Under the pieces are notes generated by a model, which was not told the origin of the DNA, made no database searches, and saw only the letters and a list, made by a program, of their open reading frames with translations. Below, in pieces: positions 16,704 through 27,232 of a stretch of 64,000 nt of DNA. A program made the translations under genes and the position numbers. This stretch comes from an uncultured Rickettsiales bacterium (GTDB lineage: Bacteria; Pseudomonadota; Alphaproteobacteria; RF32; CAG-239), in assembly GCA_900551865.1 (NCBI GenBank), contig URXV01000004.1:5597-69596 (forward strand), read 5' to 3'. Numbering within the stretch: the first letter of the stretch is position 1; every line of letters begins with the position of its first letter.

Positions 16704-18938
16704 ATGAGTAGGAAAACAGTAAACGGAAAAATTGCAGTAATGGCTGTAATCTGCAGCTTTCTTATTGCAGTGCGCCCGGTACATGCGTTCGTGTGGCCTG
16801 TAATCGATTTGACAGAAATAGTTTCCTTTACAAACAGCATCAGTACAGGGCTAAACCGGATTACCAACGCCAAAAGTCAGTTGGATAATGTAACCAATAC
16901 GATTAAAACAATTGGAGATCAGGTCGCTTCGGTTAAAAAATACGCAGCCGATTTAAAAGGGACAATAACCAATATCAAAGACAGCGTAAGTACGATTACC
17001 GATAATATTGAAGAGACGACCGATAATGTGTCGGGCATTGTTGATGATGTCAATAATACGCTTAACGGTGCAGGCACGACCGAAAATGAAAATGCGGAAA
17101 CGACGGTTGACAGCGTAAACGAACAAGTTGATTCGGGTGCTTCGGAAGAAGATGTACAGACGGTTGTTGATGAAGCCAAAAAAGAATCGGAGACCGTAAG
17201 GGAAAATGTTAACAAGACATTTGATGAAGCCGATAAAGCTATCAATGAATCGCTTGACGCCGCCAATCAGGCCTTGGATATGCTTGTCGACAGCGTTAGC
17301 GGATATGAAGGGCTGAGTGATGAAGAACGCGCCGGATTCGAACAGGAAGCCGGAAATATCAAAAATGATATTGACGGATTAAAGGATACTTCGTCAGACA
17401 TCATCGCTTCCGCTAAGGAAGACTATAACGAACAGTACAGTGAAAAAGTCGCGGCGGCATTTGACAGCTACAGTCAGGCTGTCAGCGATTATTACTCGGG
17501 AAAAACCGACCGCGAAGCGTTAAATCAGGCCGGTGAGGATTTTAAAAACAGCGTAGCTTCCCTTGATGCCGGAATAGACCAGAGCGTTATCGACGGGTTA
17601 GTTGCAAATGCGCAGGAAATTGCAGATAAGATTGATGCGCTTGAAGAAAATATGATGAACAGCATCAGCAATTCAGGGGATTATTCAGACGGCAGTGAGC
17701 AGATGTCTTTTTTAAGGCCGCAAATGCAAGAAAAGTTTGTACGGTCTGGTAAAGTATATGCTTTCGATTTTCACTCGGAAAACTTGTCTTTTTTTCTGAA
17801 AGGGGTTTATGCCGAAGATGCCGATAAAAGTTTTTTGCTGTCTAAAGAACTGGCATGCGATAATTTGGATGTTGCCGACGTAGAAGAAAATCCCGGAAAG
17901 TTAAGAACCTGCGTTGTAAAGGCTAAAACTGAAAAAGACCTGTATCCGAATGCATTCAAAGAAGAACTGTATAAGGATTATCAGAAAAACGGCGTTTACA
18001 AACACATCATTGAAGATTATAGCATTGCCAATATTGTCAGTTTAAGCAAGGCCAAACAATTTTCTGCGACTTGGGGGAGTTTGGAACCGGACGATGACAG
18101 CAATAAGGGAACGCTGTATGTCTTGCGCAAAACCCTGAAAGACGTAGACAATACGCGTAACGGTTTTGCCTTAATGGGGATGACCGATATTGAATCGCCC
18201 AAACTATGGAGCGAAATTCGCCGTATTGACGCATTGAACCGTGCTAAGGCCATGGCGCAGGATTTTGAACGCGGAACGACGCTTTTTTTGGACGGACGCG
18301 ATTCCGAGTTTGTCGAAGCAACCAAAAGGAATTGGGGAACAATGCAAAACGATGACTTGGATGCCAATGAAAATAAGGCAGTAAAAGGAAAAGCCGTTTT
18401 TTCAAATGTAATCTTGTCAATCTGCGGTCTGCGCGCCAAAGATATTTCCGTTTCGGAAATAAATAAAACCGATACGGCATCTATTGCCCAGAAAGAAAAG
18501 AATTTGGCTGATTGCCTGTTTAAATATGCTGAGGCTGCCAGCAAAGGGACAAGCAATGGTTCTGCCATAGGGGCAGATCCCGAGGCCGCCAAAAAAGAAT
18601 GGCGCGATAAACAGACTAAGGCCTATAACGATTCTGCATTTAATAATCTGACACTGGCGGTGGTAAATAACTATAAATCAAGTTTGGACTATGTTGATCC
18701 TAAAAAGCTGCCTGATCCGGATAAGGATAAAAACATTGTCAGTATGCAGGACGGGTTGAAGGAAAGTACGACAACCAAAGACGACTATGCTGCCGGAGCT
18801 CAGATAAACTACTATTCGACACAGCAGATTTTAAGCATAGTAGATGCGGATGCTCAAAATCAGCAGACGGAAATTTTGAAAGATTTGGCAACGTTTGATT
18901 ATAACTATTTTGGCAAAACCACGGGTGGAGAAGGCTGA
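16704..18938 (+). CDS. Secreted coiled-coil T4SS-associated protein 2, paralogue of protein 1 with an extra ~430-aa C-terminal domain
   Basis: Signal peptide ..RPVHA followed by FVWPVIDLTEIVSFTNS..KSQLDNVTN. The N-terminal ~310 aa are collinear with the previous ORF. Confidence 0.5.
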   Translation: MSRKTVNGKIAVMAVICSFLIAVRPVHAFVWPVIDLTEIVSFTNSISTGLNRITNAKSQLDNVTNTIKTIGDQVASVKKYAADLKGTITNIKDSVSTITDNIEETTDNVSGIVDDVNNTLNGAGTTENENAETTVDSVNEQVDSGASEEDVQTVVDEAKKESETVRENVNKTFDEADKAINESLDAANQALDMLVDSVSGYEGLSDEERAGFEQEAGNIKNDIDGLKDTSSDIIASAKEDYNEQYSEKVAAAFDSYSQAVSDYYSGKTDREALNQAGEDFKNSVASLDAGIDQSVIDGLVANAQEIADKIDALEENMMNSISNSGDYSDGSEQMSFLRPQMQEKFVRSGKVYAFDFHSENLSFFLKGVYAEDADKSFLLSKELACDNLDVADVEENPGKLRTCVVKAKTEKDLYPNAFKEELYKDYQKNGVYKHIIEDYSIANIVSLSKAKQFSATWGSLEPDDDSNKGTLYVLRKTLKDVDNTRNGFALMGMTDIESPKLWSEIRRIDALNRAKAMAQDFERGTTLFLDGRDSEFVEATKRNWGTMQNDDLDANENKAVKGKAVFSNVILSICGLRAKDISVSEINKTDTASIAQKEKNLADCLFKYAEAASKGTSNGSAIGADPEAAKKEWRDKQTKAYNDSAFNNLTLAVVNNYKSSLDYVDPKKLPDPDKDKNIVSMQDGLKESTTTKDDYAAGAQINYYSTQQILSIVDADAQNQQTEILKDLATFDYNYFGKTTGGEG

Positions 18939-19636
18939 TGAAAAAGAAACTGTGTATAGCCCTGTTCCTTTCTTTGTTCGTGTATACGAGAGAAGCGTAT
19001 GCAATTTTTGACATAATGGCAAAAGTGCAGTCGGCGCTGGAACTGTATAAGGATGTAGAAAATAAGGTTCAGCAATATACCAAAAAGCTGCGCGATATAG
19101 AAAAGAGGGCGCGGCAGGGGTTTGACTTGGCAAGCAGCTGTTACAAAAACCCGAAACAATGTGATCCGAAAGCTCTGGAGGCTTTTGCCAAGGATTCGGA
19201 AAGTTATGTAAAAAGCATGAAGGAGATTAGGGTTATGCCGGGCGCCGAAGAGCTGAAAAAAGGCGATTTGAAGAAAAAAAGCGACAAAAGCCTGGCGCAA
19301 ACGGTTGAAACCAGCTATATTTACCAGCGCGGCCAGGGGGATGATATTGAAAAGACCAGTGAAAACCGCCGTTTGATTAATGCCGTCATAGCGGATGATG
19401 CGGCGCTGCTGTTTGCCAAGGGCGTTTCGGCACGACAGAGCATACTCGTCGAAGACGGTTCTCTGTATCAGGTTGAATTCAAAAAGAATAATATTGATGA
19501 AATTCTAAATGCGCAAAACATCGTAGCTATCGCGACACAACAGCGTTTGAACCGGATTTTGGAGCTTCGCGCATATATGGCGAGCGCGGGAGCGACGGCT
19601 GAACTGACGCGTCAAACCAGAGAAGCGGATGAATAG
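18938..19636 (+). CDS. VirB5/TrbJ-like secreted protein (best size match to canonical VirB5)
   Basis: 232 aa. Signal peptide ..REAYA then IFDIMAKVQSALELYKDVENKVQQ. Helical throughout. One-nt overlap (TGATG) with the upstream gene. Confidence 0.4.
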   Translation: MKKKLCIALFLSLFVYTREAYAIFDIMAKVQSALELYKDVENKVQQYTKKLRDIEKRARQGFDLASSCYKNPKQCDPKALEAFAKDSESYVKSMKEIRVMPGAEELKKGDLKKKSDKSLAQTVETSYIYQRGQGDDIEKTSENRRLINAVIADDAALLFAKGVSARQSILVEDGSLYQVEFKKNNIDEILNAQNIVAIATQQRLNRILELRAYMASAGATAELTRQTREADE

Positions 19637-19648
19637 GGGAGGCAGGCA

Positions 19649-20995
19649 ATGAAAAAACAGTTAATTGCAACGGCATTAATCTTCTCGCTGGCACTCGGTC
19701 CCAAACCTGCCGCAGCGTTGATTATTGATGCGCCGACGCTGGCAGCAAAAATCAGCGAATGGGCAGGTAAGCTTGCCGATGCCTCAACGCAGATAACGAC
19801 ACACGTTTCTCAGGCAAAACAGATGACGTCGCAGGGCTTCAATAAGGAAGAACTTTTCGGACTGGCTAAAGAATATGCGACCGAAAACGGTAAAAAACTG
19901 GTTCAGGAAAAAATGAAAAAAGTTGTCGAGGGAACCAAAAAGAAAAACAAGGATAAGCTTCAGGCAGAGCAGGATGCTTATGTAGAAGGGCGTAATCTGT
20001 ATTATGACGAAAAAATCGGCATCGTTGAAGAAAGCATAAAAGAAACCAGAAGTTTGCAGGCGTCAAAAGAAAGCGAACGCGACCAGAAAAGGGCGGAAGT
20101 CCAGCAAAAGAAAGCCAAATACGAAAGTGTAAAGCATATTCCCGGTGAAGCTGAAAAGGCGCAGGATGAATATATGACAGCCCAGATGGAATATGATGCG
20201 CTGGTTGCGGCGTGTACAGAACTGGATACTTTGGCTATAACGCTGGAGTCCCAGCGCGATACGCTGGAAAATGAAAAAGCCAAGGTTGGAACTTCGGAAG
20301 ACCCGCAGTATGTATCGTATCAGGCCCGTCTGAAAGAATTAGATGCTGATAAAGAAGACGAAACTTTTGTCAGCAAAGTAGCAGATGAGGAAGATATTGA
20401 ATGGAGTATGAAGAGTAATCCGGATATCGTCAACCAGTTTACGCCGACTGAAGAGGACTATAAAAAATTTATTGAACGTTATTTTTATGATCCGGAAGAG
20501 TTGGGCAGCGCGTCGGGCGATGAAGGGCGCATTATGCACCAGACAAAAATTGATGCCGTTGCGCGCGAACGGAAGTACTTGCTGACCAATACGGCGGCGC
20601 ATCTTTTACAGGTAACGGCAACGCTGCGGCGTGAGATTCCGGTGCGAACCGAAATAATTGACGAAATGTTCAAAAACACGCCCAAAGCTACCGGCGAGTT
20701 GGAGGCTATTTCGTCTTATTCGGCAACCAGAATAGAAAATATGAAGGCTCTGCTGATGTATGCCAAACTGCAAAGCGCCCGCTTGCAGTATATGGCGGCA
20801 AGAGAACTTTTGAATCTGAACGGTGTAAAAACGCCGAACGGAACCTATAAGGATTTTGATTTGGAAAAATATATTCTGACTAAGGAATATGTTGATAAGA
20901 TTGTAAAAGAGGCTGATACGGCCAACAATGCCGTAACCGCGGTGGAAGAAAATTACAAAGTTAACGGGGAGGACTACCAATGGTTAAAAAATTAA
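19649..20995 (+). CDS. Secreted coiled-coil T4SS-associated protein 4
   Basis: 448 aa. Signal peptide ..KPAAA then LIIDAPTLAAKISEWAGKLADASTQI. Charged helical repeats. No membrane helices, so it is not VirB6/TrbL despite its position. Confidence 0.45.
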   Translation: MKKQLIATALIFSLALGPKPAAALIIDAPTLAAKISEWAGKLADASTQITTHVSQAKQMTSQGFNKEELFGLAKEYATENGKKLVQEKMKKVVEGTKKKNKDKLQAEQDAYVEGRNLYYDEKIGIVEESIKETRSLQASKESERDQKRAEVQQKKAKYESVKHIPGEAEKAQDEYMTAQMEYDALVAACTELDTLAITLESQRDTLENEKAKVGTSEDPQYVSYQARLKELDADKEDETFVSKVADEEDIEWSMKSNPDIVNQFTPTEEDYKKFIERYFYDPEELGSASGDEGRIMHQTKIDAVARERKYLLTNTAAHLLQVTATLRREIPVRTEIIDEMFKNTPKATGELEAISSYSATRIENMKALLMYAKLQSARLQYMAARELLNLNGVKTPNGTYKDFDLEKYILTKEYVDKIVKEADTANNAVTAVEENYKVNGEDYQWLKN

Positions 20996-23900
20996 GATTG
21001 CTGCAATGCCTGCTCCTGAGTGTCGTCATCTTGGGTGCAGAGGTAAAAAAGGCAGATGCATTCTTTTTATTGCCGCCGATGCCTTGGGACATTGAAGTCG
21101 ATATCCCCGGCAATGCCAATAAGGTGGTGTCCAATCTGAAAGCTTATTACCGCCAGCTTCAGACGATTAAATCCGAGCTGAACAGCCAAAAGCTTGAAGT
21201 TCTTAAAAAAGGACAGGTTTTTGCTTTTGTATCCGAAAAACTTAAAAGCGAAGGCGGTAAAAATAAAACCCCGGGCAAGGGAAAATTACAAAACAATGCC
21301 GAGCTGGGCATCAGCAAAGGCGGCCTTGATGAAGAAGAAAATTTCAATGCTTTCCATACGCTGTTTTTCACCTATCCTCCCGAAAGCGACTATCCGGACA
21401 ACTATCCGGCGGTGAAGACGGCATATAAACACAAGGCAATTGAATATAAGCAGGATGTAATAATGGAAACCTACCTGACCGGAAGGGTAACGGAAGATTA
21501 TCTGGGTTTAGTAGAAAAGACCATTGAGCGGTTGGATAATTGCCAGAAAGGGCTGTATACTAAGGAAGAAATGGCCGAACACTGCGTCTTTTTCGGTTTG
21601 CAGATGGCTTATGTCGAGCCGGAAAAGGCCGAGCCTGAAGGCGATCCGGAAAATAGTGAAAACCCCGGTCAGTACGGCGAAATTATGAACGCCTATATCG
21701 TAACGACGGTGTATGACCGCCTGATGCGTATGGTAGAAGACTTGACAGCGGCGGAAGCACAGTTTATGTCTGCTAAGCAGATTGATATGGTTGATCCGAT
21801 AAATCCTGATGACCAGCAGAGTTCGGCCGAGGATTATCTTGATAACGGATATCGTTTTGCTTATAATGAAAGCCGCACCTATGCCCATGCTAAAGGAACG
21901 ATGCTTGGCGGCGACTACATTCGCAGCGAAGAATGCAAAAACGGTGGCAAAAACTGCCCCGGACTGAACGAGGATAATGCCGAGCTCAAAAATGCGGACG
22001 ATACGGCAATTTTAGGAAAACTGCAACCGATTGACGAGCAGATTAATCAGGCGATGAACCTGCATAACTTAAAGGCTCAGCTGGGCGAATATAAGTCTCA
22101 GTACCGTAAATATTTGAAAGCTAAAGAAATTCATGAGCGTATGCTGAAAGTTCTGGAAAAGAGCGATCAGTGCACGGCCGGATTCTTTGACCGTTACAGT
22201 AATGGCCAGGGGGCATCTATCTGGTACGGCGGCAGCGCTCCGGCCAAAGCTAACGACCATGACAGTCGTTCCGGGCTCTCCCGTACTGTAATAGAAGAGT
22301 ACCAGAAAGATACGACGGATACGATATTGGGAACGAAAAGCAGTGAATGTGACGGGTTTTATGAAAGCTGCCCCGACGGGTATCGCTTGGATGAAACCAA
22401 TCCTTGCCAATACGAAGACGCTTCGGGCAAGACTGTAACCAGTTCAACCATGTTTGCCTGCGTATTGGATACGGTTACGTCAGATACGGAACCAAAAGAA
22501 GGTGATTATCCTAAAGTAGATTTTAATCCAAAGCTGGAAAGAATGAATTTTGAAGACGGAACCTCAAAATCAGGTTATGAGGAAGCCGGAGAGGAGATTA
22601 TAAACAATCGCGAATATAATGATACCGATTTCCTGATAGACGGAACGCAGGCCGATGATATCCAGACAGATAACCGTGTAAAGGCCGAAAAAGGCTGGCG
22701 CATAGGATACAATCACGTTATGGAACTGACTGAAAACGGCACCTTGCAGTTTGAACCCTGGAACGACCAGAAGAACCTGCAATCCGAATATCTGCGCAAT
22801 AAATATCGGAATATGCGGATGATAGTCAAAGCCGTAGACGAAGGTATGATGTCCTATCGCGTGGCTAAGACTCAGGCGGAGAAATATGGCAGAGTAGGGC
22901 CGATTGAAAAAGTGTTGCCTGCTGTTACCGCGTGTAAATTAACAACCGATGCAACAAAAGATGCCTGGAATCAGGAATGTGGTGATTTCAGCTTAACAAA
23001 TTCAAATCCTGGCGGAGATACCGCATCTTATTCTGGTACCAGGACCATAATGTGTACCTGCTACAACAGCGACGGTGAACCCTATAGCTGCTCCAAGATA
23101 CTGCACTGTAGTATCAGCGGCAGCAATGATACGGGGTGGATTACGGGAAGCAAAGAGGAAGGGTGTGTACCGACGACGGTTCCGATAAAATATGACCAGC
23201 GTATAAAATCCCTTTCCGGCGGCTGCGCTTTCCCGAAAGCAAATACCACCTATGAGGCTTCATTGGAAGACAAAAGCGGAAAATGTCCGGGAACGTGGGA
23301 TTTCAGTACGAAATTCCTTGTTCAGAAATATATGCCGGCCGTTGTTGGCAGCTGGAAAAATGGCGGCGGTTTTGAAAGCACCTGCCCGGGCAGTCTGGAT
23401 TCGCAAACTACCCATCTGTTTGACAATACACATGCAGCCGGACGGGTAGTAGCTTCTGACCGCTTTGAGGATATTCTGAAAAAGCGTAAAGAAGTGGAAC
23501 AAAGGCTTCAGAGTATGGTTACGCAGTATGAAAGCGAAATGAAGTCGCTGAAGGCTCAGCTGAAGTCAACCATTGAAGCGCGCAAATCGCACAGCGAACG
23601 CTTAAGCCAGGCAACGGATACCAAAAATGAAGCCGTGCAGGAGCGTCAGCGTTCTCTGCAAAGGGTAACTGCGATTGAAAATCAGATTAACGATTTGAAA
23701 AACAACCGTATACCGGCCTTGCAGGAACGTCTTGCCGGCAGAAATCCGAAGCCTGAAAAACTGCAAAAGGATTTGGATTCTATCCTGACCGGCGCCGGTG
23801 AAGATTTGGAAAAATATGAAAATCCGACCCTTGCGCAGAAAATCGGTCAGATTCCGGCGCTGGAAGAAGAACTTGCCTATATCTGCAAAAAGGCTCCGGC

Positions 23901-26436
23901 AAAAGACAAGGAATGTGCGCCGTACAGCGGCAAGTCCAATCAATATGACCCGTATGAAAATATTGAAGACGAAGACGATATTTTCAAAAATGTCGCCGAG
24001 TTGGAAAATACGATAACAACGGCTCAGGTAACAATGGACAGTGCGCAGTCTATGCTGGATGTGCTTCAGGACCAGATTGACAGCCTTAGCGAACAGATAA
24101 GGGAGCGCGCATCCCGCTTTGCCAAGGAATATCTGGCTGCCGCGGAGCAGGGACAGCAGGAAATTGAAGCTGCCAACAAAGAATTTGAAGACAAGCTTGA
24201 AACCAAGGATGACGGCAGTGAGCCAGACCGTATGGTTAATAATAACCGCCGTTGGTGCAAAAAAGACGGGTTCTTGGGAATTGGCTGCAGGGAATACAGC
24301 CACGAATATAAATTTGACAACCTTAAATGGACGATGGCGAGAGTTATGTTCGGCAACGGTACGTCAAACAGCGAAGGGGCCGTAGACGGTGAATTGCCGG
24401 GAATTGTCAATGATACGATAGACGAGCGCTGGTTCAAAAACAACTGGTCGCAGTACCCGCAGAAACTGTCAAGTGTCGGTGTTGTTCGCAAGTTTGTGGT
24501 TGCATGTGGCAACTGTATGGCAGATGCGGGAGTCCCTGATAAAAACGAACCATACACGCCGGATAGTTTAGCTCAGGCAGTCAAGAAACAGGCGATGAAA
24601 GAAGCTGTTGATGCGCTCGCAGGAGCTGGCGGATATATTCCGAAAGCCGATGAAATTATCAAAGATGAAGTTGATTCGGCGGTAAAGGAAATTACGACCG
24701 TTATGGAAGAATGGGGCGTAACCGGAGAAGACGGCGTAGCGCCGAATGAAGCCATATACAAGCATGCAAATTATGCAGGCAATGGCGAAGGTAACGGCGG
24801 ACAGGCTGTAACGGCTCGCCATTACAAACTGATTGACGAGCTGAAACAGGCCGAGCATCAATCTGAACTTGATGCAGCAGAAATTGCATTGGAAGAAAGT
24901 TTCGGTATCCCGTCCGGTATTGTAACCGATGACGATTTCTTTGCCGGGTTGCCTGCTCGCGGTGCATATACGGTAACTGTTCCGTCATATGGCAAACAGC
25001 CTGAAAAACTCAAGTTTGATGAAAATGACGGACGCGATTATATGGCGCCGCACCGGCCGTTGCTGAATTTGGCGCCGATAAGGGAAGTGTTCTATTTCAG
25101 TGCTATGGATTATGACGATGTTCCGCAGGAAAACGGCGCGCCGTCGCTTTCAACGCTGGTTGACCGGAAATATAAAAATACCGAGGGCGTTGAACCTGTA
25201 GAATATTTGCCGGAGACCTGGCGTTATCTTCTTGCGACGCCGAATATGCGCAATGAGCCGACACCGAAATATCAGCAGACGTTTGTTGAACGGTCTTATG
25301 GCAAAGACAAGTTAAAAGACTATATAAACAATAAAGATATCGGTGGTAAAGAAGAACACTACCGCGCAATAATCGGACGCGCCGGCGTATATCCGTGCAA
25401 GCTTGGCGGTACGGTAATTGACGAAGGGGGCGGCGATGGTGTCGGCGATATGAGCTTTAAACGGCGCAGTTCAATCCCGGCCGGAGCTAATACCGAAACC
25501 TGTCAGGAAGTAGAACTCCATAAAAACGGCGTTCGCCATTTGCTGGCAGATCACAATGCCAAGGATGAAGGCAAGTCAAAAGCCTTGCAGGGAAGTCTGG
25601 GCAGCACGTCCGAACCGATGTACACAAACTACAGCGAATTAGGGCAGTTTCTGAACGGTGATTTGAAATATCGTCCGATGCTGAAGAATATATATGATTA
25701 TTTGCTGGATGAAAATAATCAGGACAACAGTATCGAACGCCAGCGCGGAGATTTGGCGACGTTTAAGCGTAACGTTATCGGTGGATTCCTTGAAGCTGTA
25801 AATGCCGAACATAATGCGCAGAAGACATTGGATAACAATAAGGAAGACGTTGTTAATTCTCTGAAGAACTTGTGTACGCAGCTGCATAACTTTGGGGAGA
25901 GCGTCAACGGCGAGGCCTGCGAAGATGAAAGCGACAGTACCTGTGCTGATCAGATTGCAGAACAGTGTGCAGCCTATATTATGGATAACGGAGGTCTGGC
26001 GAAAAATGCAGCTGATGACAAATATGAGGTTGATTGTGCCCAATCTTCCGGCGGTTCCTATTACGAGCAGATATTCTGCAAACTGAATGACCTGAAAGAT
26101 GAGGCTATTGCCAAAGCCCATCAGGGGTATTCCGAAACAGACAGCGATGGAACCACGGTTACCTATGTCGGTTTCGATAACCTGAAAGGGGAAGCTTCTG
26201 CTACGGATTCTGACAGGGTTAAAGAGCGCATTCAGGAAATTGAGGATTATTTCGGAGCCTTTGAAGCCGATGCCGATGAAGTATCTTATATTCAGCCGAA
26301 AGCGACAAAAGCGTCTGTAACTGAAGACGTCAAAGAGGCTAAGGCCAACTGGGAAGCTTCGCGTGCGGCGGAAGAGGAGGGTATAACCTCAATGGATAAT
26401 CAGAGTCAGGCGGTAGCTTACTGTCCGGTATATTAA
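20980..26436 (+). CDS. Giant (1818 aa) secreted, Cys-rich, coiled-coil-containing T4SS-associated protein
   Basis: RBS GGGGAGGA. Signal peptide ..KKADA then FFLLPPMPWDIEVDIPGNANKVVSNLKAYYRQLQTIKSEL. Cys clusters include CKNGGKNCPG, CDGFYESCPDGYRLDETNPC and CTCYNSDGEPYSCSKILHC. A central ~250-aa coiled coil is present. No TM helix follows the signal peptide. Confidence 0.55.
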   Translation: MVKKLRLLQCLLLSVVILGAEVKKADAFFLLPPMPWDIEVDIPGNANKVVSNLKAYYRQLQTIKSELNSQKLEVLKKGQVFAFVSEKLKSEGGKNKTPGKGKLQNNAELGISKGGLDEEENFNAFHTLFFTYPPESDYPDNYPAVKTAYKHKAIEYKQDVIMETYLTGRVTEDYLGLVEKTIERLDNCQKGLYTKEEMAEHCVFFGLQMAYVEPEKAEPEGDPENSENPGQYGEIMNAYIVTTVYDRLMRMVEDLTAAEAQFMSAKQIDMVDPINPDDQQSSAEDYLDNGYRFAYNESRTYAHAKGTMLGGDYIRSEECKNGGKNCPGLNEDNAELKNADDTAILGKLQPIDEQINQAMNLHNLKAQLGEYKSQYRKYLKAKEIHERMLKVLEKSDQCTAGFFDRYSNGQGASIWYGGSAPAKANDHDSRSGLSRTVIEEYQKDTTDTILGTKSSECDGFYESCPDGYRLDETNPCQYEDASGKTVTSSTMFACVLDTVTSDTEPKEGDYPKVDFNPKLERMNFEDGTSKSGYEEAGEEIINNREYNDTDFLIDGTQADDIQTDNRVKAEKGWRIGYNHVMELTENGTLQFEPWNDQKNLQSEYLRNKYRNMRMIVKAVDEGMMSYRVAKTQAEKYGRVGPIEKVLPAVTACKLTTDATKDAWNQECGDFSLTNSNPGGDTASYSGTRTIMCTCYNSDGEPYSCSKILHCSISGSNDTGWITGSKEEGCVPTTVPIKYDQRIKSLSGGCAFPKANTTYEASLEDKSGKCPGTWDFSTKFLVQKYMPAVVGSWKNGGGFESTCPGSLDSQTTHLFDNTHAAGRVVASDRFEDILKKRKEVEQRLQSMVTQYESEMKSLKAQLKSTIEARKSHSERLSQATDTKNEAVQERQRSLQRVTAIENQINDLKNNRIPALQERLAGRNPKPEKLQKDLDSILTGAGEDLEKYENPTLAQKIGQIPALEEELAYICKKAPAKDKECAPYSGKSNQYDPYENIEDEDDIFKNVAELENTITTAQVTMDSAQSMLDVLQDQIDSLSEQIRERASRFAKEYLAAAEQGQQEIEAANKEFEDKLETKDDGSEPDRMVNNNRRWCKKDGFLGIGCREYSHEYKFDNLKWTMARVMFGNGTSNSEGAVDGELPGIVNDTIDERWFKNNWSQYPQKLSSVGVVRKFVVACGNCMADAGVPDKNEPYTPDSLAQAVKKQAMKEAVDALAGAGGYIPKADEIIKDEVDSAVKEITTVMEEWGVTGEDGVAPNEAIYKHANYAGNGEGNGGQAVTARHYKLIDELKQAEHQSELDAAEIALEESFGIPSGIVTDDDFFAGLPARGAYTVTVPSYGKQPEKLKFDENDGRDYMAPHRPLLNLAPIREVFYFSAMDYDDVPQENGAPSLSTLVDRKYKNTEGVEPVEYLPETWRYLLATPNMRNEPTPKYQQTFVERSYGKDKLKDYINNKDIGGKEEHYRAIIGRAGVYPCKLGGTVIDEGGGDGVGDMSFKRRSSIPAGANTETCQEVELHKNGVRHLLADHNAKDEGKSKALQGSLGSTSEPMYTNYSELGQFLNGDLKYRPMLKNIYDYLLDENNQDNSIERQRGDLATFKRNVIGGFLEAVNAEHNAQKTLDNNKEDVVNSLKNLCTQLHNFGESVNGEACEDESDSTCADQIAEQCAAYIMDNGGLAKNAADDKYEVDCAQSSGGSYYEQIFCKLNDLKDEAIAKAHQGYSETDSDGTTVTYVGFDNLKGEASATDSDRVKERIQEIEDYFGAFEADADEVSYIQPKATKASVTEDVKEAKANWEASRAAEEEGITSMDNQSQAVAYCPVY

Positions 26437-26473
26437 GAGGGACTGCACAGGTTAAGGGGTAAAGAAGCAGACA

Positions 26474-27232
26474 ATGGCTAATTTGATAAATCAAAAGATT
26501 TTGCGTATTGCCGACAAAGGGAAAGCCAAAGAGCCTCCCGCGTTCATCACGGAAGATGTTGTTGAAGTCCGTCGCGCAAAGCTGATTTATTACAAATGGA
26601 TATCGCGATTAATGGCGATGTTGGCCACTGTTTCGCTTCTTTACGGCGTTTGTACCACATTATCCATTTTAAAACTGGCTCCGGAAATAGTCATTGACCC
26701 GCAGATGTTTGTTGAGCTGTCTGATTCGCAGTCGCTTGTTAAAAGAGAACATATTAACCGCCGGATGGATTCGCGGGAAAAAATGATGATTAACTTTATG
26801 AAACAATATGTCGAACTGCGAAACACCTATATCAAAGACGAGCGGGAAATGAATAACCGTTGGCTTTGGGGTGGTCTTGTATCGTACTTGTCAACGTATA
26901 AGGTTTACAAGGAGTTTGAAAAAGTGTTTCCCAAACTGCGGGCAGAAATGGTAGAGAACAATTCCAGCCGCTCGGTAGAAATCCTGTCGGTTGAACGTAC
27001 CGGCGGCGAAAACAGCAATACTTGGAAAATTGAGTTCAAAACCTATGACTATACGTTTAAAAGCGACCGTTTAAGCCGCCGGTCCAGCGTTACGCCGACA
27101 ATTACCGAAAGGTATTGGACCGCCAACATCCGCGGTTATGTCGACCCGAACCGGAGAACGGCATACCGTCGCCTGCTAAATCCTCTCGGATTTGTCGTCT
27201 ATAGTTATTTTCAAAGCGAAATCGAGATTTAA
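26474..27232 (+). CDS. virB8: VirB8/TrbF-family protein, paralogue 1
   Basis: 252 aa. N-terminal cytoplasmic tail, one TM (LMAMLATVSLLYGVCTTLSIL), then a periplasmic domain with YVELRNTY..EM..RW and the C-terminal NPLGFVVYSY motif. Confidence 0.75.
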   Translation: MANLINQKILRIADKGKAKEPPAFITEDVVEVRRAKLIYYKWISRLMAMLATVSLLYGVCTTLSILKLAPEIVIDPQMFVELSDSQSLVKREHINRRMDSREKMMINFMKQYVELRNTYIKDEREMNNRWLWGGLVSYLSTYKVYKEFEKVFPKLRAEMVENNSSRSVEILSVERTGGENSNTWKIEFKTYDYTFKSDRLSRRSSVTPTITERYWTANIRGYVDPNRRTAYRRLLNPLGFVVYSYFQSEIEI

